64,000 bases of DNA from Bacteroidales bacterium (GTDB taxonomy: Bacteria; Bacteroidota; Bacteroidia; Bacteroidales; Muribaculaceae): NCBI GenBank assembly GCA_900768685.1, contig CAAGDX010000014.1:2399-66398 (forward strand), given 5' to 3'. Position numbers and translations under genes: made by a program. How positions within the stretch are numbered: the first letter of the stretch is position 1; the number at the start of each line of letters is the position of its first letter. Below are positions 58,901 through 64,000 of this stretch, one piece after another. A model generated the notes under the pieces. The model had not been told where the DNA came from. It made no database searches and saw nothing but the letters and a program-made list of their open reading frames with translations.

Positions 58901-58920
58901 GCGTATCATTAAACTTCTAA
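55918..58920 (+). CDS. susC: SusC/RagA family TonB-linked outer-membrane transporter
   Basis: The carboxypeptidase-regulatory-like N-domain (ITVSGTVTDSTGEPIIGASVLVVG), the TonB box/plug region (DEVVVIGYGTMKKSDLTGAVSS) and a ~1000-aa length ending in F all fit. Confidence 0.92.
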   Translation: MKKTKIPVAWRLFALVTLFMSCLSLNAQQITVSGTVTDSTGEPIIGASVLVVGTTSGVSTDIDGNYSLTADAAGQIKVTYIGYLPQTISIDGKSTINVVLKENAELLDEVVVIGYGTMKKSDLTGAVSSLGSRDIKEVPVNNVGQAIQGKIAGVNIVGGNKPGDNVTIKVRGLGSINNCDPLIVIDGVPTDLGLNNINPQDIERLDVLKDASATAIYGSRGANGVIMITTRKGTAGDSKISVSLNAAIQNASKTMDLLGSAGYASLNNDMMNNSGHNANPDWVDPSVLTHSTNWVDELLQTGVMQNYNISYSGGNEKTHHYFSAGFLDQSGIINHVNYRRFTFQSNNDSQVKNWLKISNNLLFSADEKKSGSYSMWDAMQALPIYTVKDEFGAWTGPEGNSEWYGGVRNPVGSNEMYRSTTKGYNFLANISADIKFTNWLQFRSLFGYDAKFWDAESFSPKYNWKPTPVEESSQYQSSNKSFTYLWDNYFTFNYTFAKKHDLNVMAGMSAQWNDFRWMSGQVNGFLFDNVHQIDNGEKIYDFGGSRNDWSLLSYMARANYVYDNKYYLTATVRRDGSSRFGPKNRWGTFPSASAAWRISSEEFFPKDIALNDLKLRLGYGKTGSQASVGNYSYISSLTTILYPFGPDADGEQSALYSQVLSNPYIHWEEIEQFNAGVDMSFFNSRLNVSLDGYIKNTNDMLVKAAIPITSGYEDTFDTYTNAGKVRNIGWELTANSLNVQGIVNWETNLVVTYNKNKIKDLNSDSPLYRNQFGGAYATILSKDLPINAFYGYVTDGIFQNQAEVDAHAIQPGAEPGDIRFRDLNNDGVINDDDRTVIGNPNPTWLFSMNNRLTYKDFELSIYLQGAAGGKIYNRTRSVMESMSAAYNQYATTADRWTGEGTSNSMPRAVWADPNGNNRISDRWVEDGSYLRIKNISLGYNVPKPLLRKIGFEQARVILSCENVATITGYSGIDPEVGIDGIDYSSFPASRTFNLGVSLNF

Positions 58921-58933
58921 TCTGACTCAAATC

Positions 58934-60433
58934 ATGAAAAATAAATTATTCTTAACATTTGTCGGAGCTGCTTCACTCCTTTTTGCTTCATGTTCCGACT
59001 TCCTGGAAAAATCTCCTTACGACCAGGTTGACCCTCAAGAAAATGTTACTGATGAGGTCGCTGTTGCTATGGCAAACGCTTGCTATGTGCCTCTCAGCTC
59101 CTCAAACTTATATAACCAGCGTATGTGGTCCTTAGACATTGTGGCAGGTAACTCTAATGTTGGTGCCGGCGGCGGTGACGATGGTATTGAAACCACACAA
59201 TGTGCAAACTTTATCGCTAACTCAGACAATGGTATGGCTCTTTACATGTGGCGTTCTCCTTGGATTGGTATCGCACAGTGTAATAACCTTATCCAGTCAC
59301 TTGAAAATGCAAGTGACATCAGTTCTGATGTTTACGACCGTTGCATGGGTGAGGCTCTTTTCCTCCGTGCTCACTATTATTACATTCTCGTCCGTCTGTT
59401 CGGTGATATTCCAATCCGTACGGAACCTTACGAACCGGGTACTTCCACTGCTATTGCTCGCAGCCCAAAAGCTGAAGTTTATGAGCAGATTATCAGCGAT
59501 ACTCGTCGTGCAATTGAACTCCTTCCTGCAAAAGCGGAATATGCCGCTTACGATAGAGGTCGTGCTTGCAAGGAAGCCGCACTTTACATGATGGCAGACA
59601 TTGACCTTACTCTTGCTCAGGACAATGCCGGTCTTTATCAAGAAGTGGTTACTCTTTGCGAAGAAATCGAGGCTCTCGGCTATGACCTTCGCACTTGTGA
59701 ATATAAAGACAATTTCAACTGCCCTGTTCGCAACGGTGCTGAATCTATCTTTGAAATACAGTATTCCGGTAGCACGGAATCCGATTTCTGGGGAAACACT
59801 CCGTATTCTTCTTGGCTCTCCACTTTCATGGGACCTCGCGGTTCAAACCTCGTGGCAGGTTGCTACGGTTGGAATCAGCCTACACAGGAATTTGTTGACG
59901 CTTACGAAGAAGGCGACCTCCGCAAAGACGTGACAGTCTTCTACGACGGATGTCCGGATTGGGAAGGTACACCATACAAAAAATCATGGTCAAACACAGG
60001 ATATAATGTCCGTAAATTCCTCGTTTCCAAAACAATATCTCCGGAATACAATACAAATCCTTCTAATTTCATCGTTTATCGTTACGCAGGTGCTCTTCTT
60101 ATGAAAGCTGAAGCGCTAAACGAACTCGGTCTTACTGCCGATGCTTCAATTCCATTGAATATCGTTCGCCGTCGTGCAGGTCTGCCGGACGTGTTAGGCT
60201 CAGGCAAAACTCAGAACGAAATGCGTGAAATAATCATACACGAACGCCGTATGGAACTCGCATTTGAAGGTCACCGCTGGTTTGATATGATTCGTATTAA
60301 TCATGGCGAATATGCTCTGAACTTCTTGCACTCTATCGGCAAAACTAATGCCACTAAGGACCGTCTCCTCTTCCCGATTCCGCAGACGGAACGCGACGGT
60401 AACCCGTTGATGACACAAAACGATGGCTATTAA
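58934..60433 (+). CDS. susD: SusD/RagB family nutrient-binding lipoprotein
   Basis: Lipobox LLFASC. It also has ...RAHYYYILVRLFGDIP... and ERRMELAFEGHRWFDMIR. Confidence 0.92.
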   Translation: MKNKLFLTFVGAASLLFASCSDFLEKSPYDQVDPQENVTDEVAVAMANACYVPLSSSNLYNQRMWSLDIVAGNSNVGAGGGDDGIETTQCANFIANSDNGMALYMWRSPWIGIAQCNNLIQSLENASDISSDVYDRCMGEALFLRAHYYYILVRLFGDIPIRTEPYEPGTSTAIARSPKAEVYEQIISDTRRAIELLPAKAEYAAYDRGRACKEAALYMMADIDLTLAQDNAGLYQEVVTLCEEIEALGYDLRTCEYKDNFNCPVRNGAESIFEIQYSGSTESDFWGNTPYSSWLSTFMGPRGSNLVAGCYGWNQPTQEFVDAYEEGDLRKDVTVFYDGCPDWEGTPYKKSWSNTGYNVRKFLVSKTISPEYNTNPSNFIVYRYAGALLMKAEALNELGLTADASIPLNIVRRRAGLPDVLGSGKTQNEMREIIIHERRMELAFEGHRWFDMIRINHGEYALNFLHSIGKTNATKDRLLFPIPQTERDGNPLMTQNDGY

Positions 60434-60454
60434 TCTTTATAATCGAGAATTATC

Positions 60455-61945
60455 ATGAAACTGAAATATTTATTTAATTCACTTGCCGTTGTCGCTCTCG
60501 CTGCTTTTTCTTCTTGCACAGACAACGACTATACTGAACTCAACAAGGGTAGTGAAGAACTGGCTCTCACTGCTGATGCCACAGAGGTTATCCTCAGCGA
60601 AGTCAACCACTCAAGCGAGGCTTTCAAACTCACTTGGACTTCCGGTACAAACTATGGTACGGGTGCTCGTATTTCTTACGACCTCGAAATATCTCTCGCT
60701 GAAAATGATTTCGCTGACCCCGTTTTCGTTTACACCGGTGAAACTCAAAAATATTCCTGGGCTCCTAATGTGGAATCTTTTAACAATACTCTTTTGAACC
60801 AACTCGGCGTGCGTGCCGGTGAAACAGTGAACGTTGCCGCTCGTGTCACTGCTCACGTTGCAGGTTTGGATGAAACACAGGTGGCTACTACACAATTTGC
60901 TGTAACTGCTTATAAACCTGTCACTTCTACTCTTTATATCATTGGCGATGCTGCTCCAAACGGTTGGAGTGCGGACAATGCTGCGGAAATGACTCGCTCT
61001 GATAACGGTATATTCACTTGGATTGGCAAACTTAACGCCGGTGAATTTAAGTTCATCACCACTCGCGGTCAATTCATGCCTTCTTACAACAATGACGGTA
61101 ACGGTAACCTCATTTATCGTGACTCCGATGACCAGCCGGACTTGAAATTCGTCATTTCAGAGGCTAAAACATACCAGGTTGACGTTAACCTCCTCACTCT
61201 TACTATCTCTGTGGTTGAAAGTGCCGGTGAAACACCTGCTTTCGATGCTCTCTATTTTGTTGGTAACGAAACAGGTTGGGGATTCTGGCAAATGTCTAAA
61301 GATATCTTGGACCCATACCTCTTCCGTCTTGGTATCCTCTTTGAAAAAGGTGGTGAATTTAAGTTCGGTACATCCGACGGCTCTTGGGAAAATATGTACA
61401 AAGCTACGGAAGACAATGCTCCTTACACAAACTCAAGCGTGGAATTTGTGAAAGGTTTTGACCCGGACAAAAAATGGGTCCTCAAAGATGACGAAATGGG
61501 CGTTGCTTACAAAATTTGCTTTGATATCCGTACCGGCAAAGAACGTATGCTTATGACTCCGTTCCTCCCGTATGAAAATATCTATCTTGTCGGCGAAGCT
61601 ACTCCTAATGGCTGGGACCTCGGTAAAGCTACTGCTATGACTGCTACAGACGACCCATACGTATTCACGTGGACCGGTAACCTCAATGAAGGTGAAATGA
61701 AGTTCAGCTGCGACAAACAGTCTGACTGGAATGGTGCTTGGTTCCTCGCTTCTAAAGGCAATATGGAACCTACAGGCGTGGAAGAACAAATGCTCTTCGT
61801 AGATAAGAGCAGTGATGCTTGCAAGGCTCAATACCTTGACGTAAACATCGGTGATGTGGACCAAAAATGGAAAATCACTTCTGCCGGTAATTACACCATC
61901 ACTCTGGATCAACTCCACGAAACTGTGACAATCGCTAAAAACTAA
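60455..61945 (+). CDS. SusE/SusF-like surface glycan-binding lipoprotein
   Basis: Lipobox AAFSSC. Repeated modules YIIGDAAPNGWSADNAAEMT...FTWIGKLNAGEFKF and YLVGEATPNGWDLGKATAMT...FTWTGNLNEGEMKF are typical of SusE/F. Its position after susD also fits. Confidence 0.75.
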   Translation: MKLKYLFNSLAVVALAAFSSCTDNDYTELNKGSEELALTADATEVILSEVNHSSEAFKLTWTSGTNYGTGARISYDLEISLAENDFADPVFVYTGETQKYSWAPNVESFNNTLLNQLGVRAGETVNVAARVTAHVAGLDETQVATTQFAVTAYKPVTSTLYIIGDAAPNGWSADNAAEMTRSDNGIFTWIGKLNAGEFKFITTRGQFMPSYNNDGNGNLIYRDSDDQPDLKFVISEAKTYQVDVNLLTLTISVVESAGETPAFDALYFVGNETGWGFWQMSKDILDPYLFRLGILFEKGGEFKFGTSDGSWENMYKATEDNAPYTNSSVEFVKGFDPDKKWVLKDDEMGVAYKICFDIRTGKERMLMTPFLPYENIYLVGEATPNGWDLGKATAMTATDDPYVFTWTGNLNEGEMKFSCDKQSDWNGAWFLASKGNMEPTGVEEQMLFVDKSSDACKAQYLDVNIGDVDQKWKITSAGNYTITLDQLHETVTIAKN

Positions 61946-61960
61946 TATAAATCAAAGTCT

Positions 61961-63775
61961 ATGATTAAATATAGGTTTTTATTTGCCTCTTTGGTACTTG
62001 TCGCTGCTATCAGTTGTAGCAGCGACAATCCGGGAGACGACCCGAACAAGGGTGGTCAGGGCGGAGGAGAATCTTCCGTTACAGACGTCAGAACCGTGAA
62101 ATCCGCTCTCACTGTGGATATTACTACGGATAAGGCTTGCTATGCCCCGGGAAGCGTTGTTACTTTCAAGGCTTCCACTCTTCCGGATAATGCTCTCGTA
62201 AGGTATCGCCATGGAGATGAAGTGATTCAGGAGCAAAATTTGGCTTCCACTTCTTGGACTTGGACTGCACCCTCAAAGGATTTCACGGGTTATCTCGTGG
62301 ATATCTACAAAATGACAGGTGATAATGAAGAAACCGTGCTCGGTACTATCGCCGTTGATGTTTCTTCAGACTGGACTGTCTTCCCGAGATACGGCTTTGT
62401 GGCTACTTTTGACGGCTCTAAACTCGCATCCGGAGTAATTGAAAGCGAAATGGAATTTTTGAACCGTTGCCATATAAACGGCGTTCAATTCCAAGACTGG
62501 CACTACAAGCACCACTGGCCTCTCGGAGGCACTCGTGACAACCTTCTGGATGTTTATACAGACATCGCAAACAGAAGCGTCTATACTTCAGTTGTGAAAA
62601 AATACATCCAAGTGCAGCACAACTATGGTATGAAATCTATCTTTTACAATCTCTGCTTCGGTGCCCTTGATGATGCCGCTGCAGATGGCGTGAAAGAAGA
62701 ATGGTATATCTTCAAAAATTCCGGTCGCTCAGACAAGGATTTCCACGGTCTTCCATCTTCCTGGAAAAGTGATATATTCCTCGTTGACCCGGGAAATGAA
62801 GAATGGCAAGCGTATCTCGCTGAAAGAAACGATGAAGTCTATTCAAATCTGGACTTTGACGGATATCAGATAGACCAACTCGGTTACCGTGGCGATAGAT
62901 ACGACTATAATGGCAATGCCGTCAATCTCCCTAAAGGATATGCTTCTTTCATCAATGCAATGAAAAAGCGTCACCCGAGCAAACGCCTTATCATGAATGC
63001 TGTGGCAAGCTACGGTGCTTCGCAAATTTGCGGCACAGGCAACGTGGATTTCTGTTACAACGAAGTTTGGGGCGATGAAGCCGACTTTTCACACCTATAT
63101 AATATAATAAAGGCAAACGATGTGTATAGCAATCACTCTTTGCGTACCGTTTTTGCCGCTTATATGAATTACGACAAAGCAGACCGTGAAACAGGATATT
63201 TCAACACTCCGGGCGTACTTATGGCAGATGCCGTGATGATGGCTCTCGGTGGCGCTCACCTGGAACTCGGCGACCACATGCTCTCTCGTGAATATTTCCC
63301 GGCTTCTCCACTCGCTATGTCGGAAGAACTCCGTACTGCAATTATCCGTTACTATGATTTCTCTACGGCATACCAGAATTATCTCCGCGAATTCTCTTCA
63401 CAGAATGAAACTTCCGTGCAAATGTCTTGCAGCGATGCCTCAAAGAAAATTTCCATAAATGCTTGGCCTCCAAAAGAGGGTGGTATCACCACTTATTCAA
63501 AGAAAGTTGGAAACGCAACGGTTATCAATATGCTAAACTTCCGCAATATTGACAACCTCTCCTGGCGTGACCTTAACGGAGAACGTCCGGCTCCAAGACT
63601 GACGCTTAACACTCCCGTTACGCTCACTTATAGCACAAAAGTTAATAAAATTTGGGTAGCTTCTCCAGACTCTCATGCAGGTGCAGTTCAAGAACTCGCT
63701 TTCAAGCAGTCCGGAAATACGGTCACTTTCACAGTGCCGTCTCTCAAGTATTGGACCATGATTGTGGTTGAATAA
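61961..63775 (+). CDS. Glycoside hydrolase, GH66-like (dextranase/cycloisomaltooligosaccharide glucanotransferase family) lipoprotein
   Basis: Lipobox AAISCS. GVQFQDWHYKHHWPLGG, FDGYQIDQLGY (compare the DGWQGDTIG nucleophile region of streptococcal GH66 dextranases, as I remember it) and YNEVWGDE (candidate acid/base Glu) support the call. The assignment comes from motif memory only. Confidence 0.55.
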   Translation: MIKYRFLFASLVLVAAISCSSDNPGDDPNKGGQGGGESSVTDVRTVKSALTVDITTDKACYAPGSVVTFKASTLPDNALVRYRHGDEVIQEQNLASTSWTWTAPSKDFTGYLVDIYKMTGDNEETVLGTIAVDVSSDWTVFPRYGFVATFDGSKLASGVIESEMEFLNRCHINGVQFQDWHYKHHWPLGGTRDNLLDVYTDIANRSVYTSVVKKYIQVQHNYGMKSIFYNLCFGALDDAAADGVKEEWYIFKNSGRSDKDFHGLPSSWKSDIFLVDPGNEEWQAYLAERNDEVYSNLDFDGYQIDQLGYRGDRYDYNGNAVNLPKGYASFINAMKKRHPSKRLIMNAVASYGASQICGTGNVDFCYNEVWGDEADFSHLYNIIKANDVYSNHSLRTVFAAYMNYDKADRETGYFNTPGVLMADAVMMALGGAHLELGDHMLSREYFPASPLAMSEELRTAIIRYYDFSTAYQNYLREFSSQNETSVQMSCSDASKKISINAWPPKEGGITTYSKKVGNATVINMLNFRNIDNLSWRDLNGERPAPRLTLNTPVTLTYSTKVNKIWVASPDSHAGAVQELAFKQSGNTVTFTVPSLKYWTMIVVE

Positions 63776-63859
63776 GAGCCTGTTTTATATAGAAATGTTA
63801 AATATAAGGCTCCATACCGATAAACCAATGGACCAATAGGTAAATATATGTTTCCCTTC

Positions 63860-63894
63860 AGGGCTGCTTTTCTTTCGAATTGCAGCCCTTTTTA
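63860..63894. terminator. Hairpin terminator between convergent genes
   Basis: Stem AGGGCTGC (63860-63867) pairs with GCAGCCCT (63882-63889), followed by T5 on the plus strand. Confidence 0.7.
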
Positions 63895-63899
63895 ATATC

Positions 63900-64000
63900 T
63901 CAAATCTTCTCAATCCTCCAAACCCTCATCCCCACCATCCCTATCATTCCCGGTCTTCCCGACACTCCCGGTTCTCCCATCATTCTCATTCTCTCATTCT
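63900..64000 (-). CDS. 3' end of a minus-strand ORF with a collagen-like Gly-X-Y run (partial; continues beyond the window)
   Basis: The reverse-strand frame reads NERMRMMGEPGVSGRPGMIGMVGMRVWRIEKI*, with the stop at plus-strand TCA 63900-63902. It contains six consecutive G-X-Y triplets. The fragment is too short for the ORF track, and coding status is inferred only from frame openness and periodicity. Confidence 0.35.
   Translation of the reverse strand, partial: NERMRMMGEPGVSGRPGMIGMVGMRVWRIEKI

Noticed and set aside
1-64000. A window-wide search for CRISPR arrays, rRNA/tRNA genes and IS elements.
   Set aside because: I saw no regularly spaced direct repeats, no tRNA-like cloverleaf candidates in the intergenic regions inspected, and no transposase-like ORFs.

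Overview
This is a chromosomal segment from a Bacteroidales organism, probably Prevotella-like. Four things seen directly support that: TAnnTTTG -7 promoter motifs about 30-75 nt upstream of many start codons, a SusC/SusD polysaccharide utilisation locus, a protein with a T9SS C-terminal sorting domain, and a fused FeoA-FeoB. Most of the window is ordinary housekeeping: guaA (3' part), a UPF0597/cysteine-desulfidase-like gene, feoAB, aroE, yeiH-like, comEC, ogt, ackA-pta, proS, a GT2 glycosyltransferase, umuDC, an NhaD-like antiporter, an RluA-family synthase and fmt. I saw no rRNA, tRNA, CRISPR array, integrase or transposase. Two accessory regions stand out. (1) Nt ~2023-9697 is a strongly AT-rich island with a tightly coupled three-gene operon: a 706-aa ORFan, a 1165-aa SF2 helicase (DrmA-like) and a 533-aa DUF1998 protein (DrmB-like). 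It has the helicase+DUF1998 core of DISARM/Druantia but none of their methyltransferase, PLD or SNF2 partners, so it is a candidate uncharacterised anti-phage system. (2) Nt ~12359-31065 is a same-strand, seven-gene locus in which every product carries a signal peptide. It encodes a DUF1573 protein, a 975-aa Big_2/T9SS cargo protein, a 583-aa beta-barrel-like protein translationally coupled to a 2626-aa giant protein, an FN3 protein and two lipoproteins. I could not place it in any characterised envelope system. Smaller points of interest are a Tat-exported Fe-S/aldo-keto-reductase redox trio, a SusR-like/SusCD/SusEF/GH66-like (dextran-type) PUL, several operator-like repeat arrays, and a collagen-like GXY ORF fragment at the right edge. 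All family assignments rest on motif recognition by eye; no searches were run.
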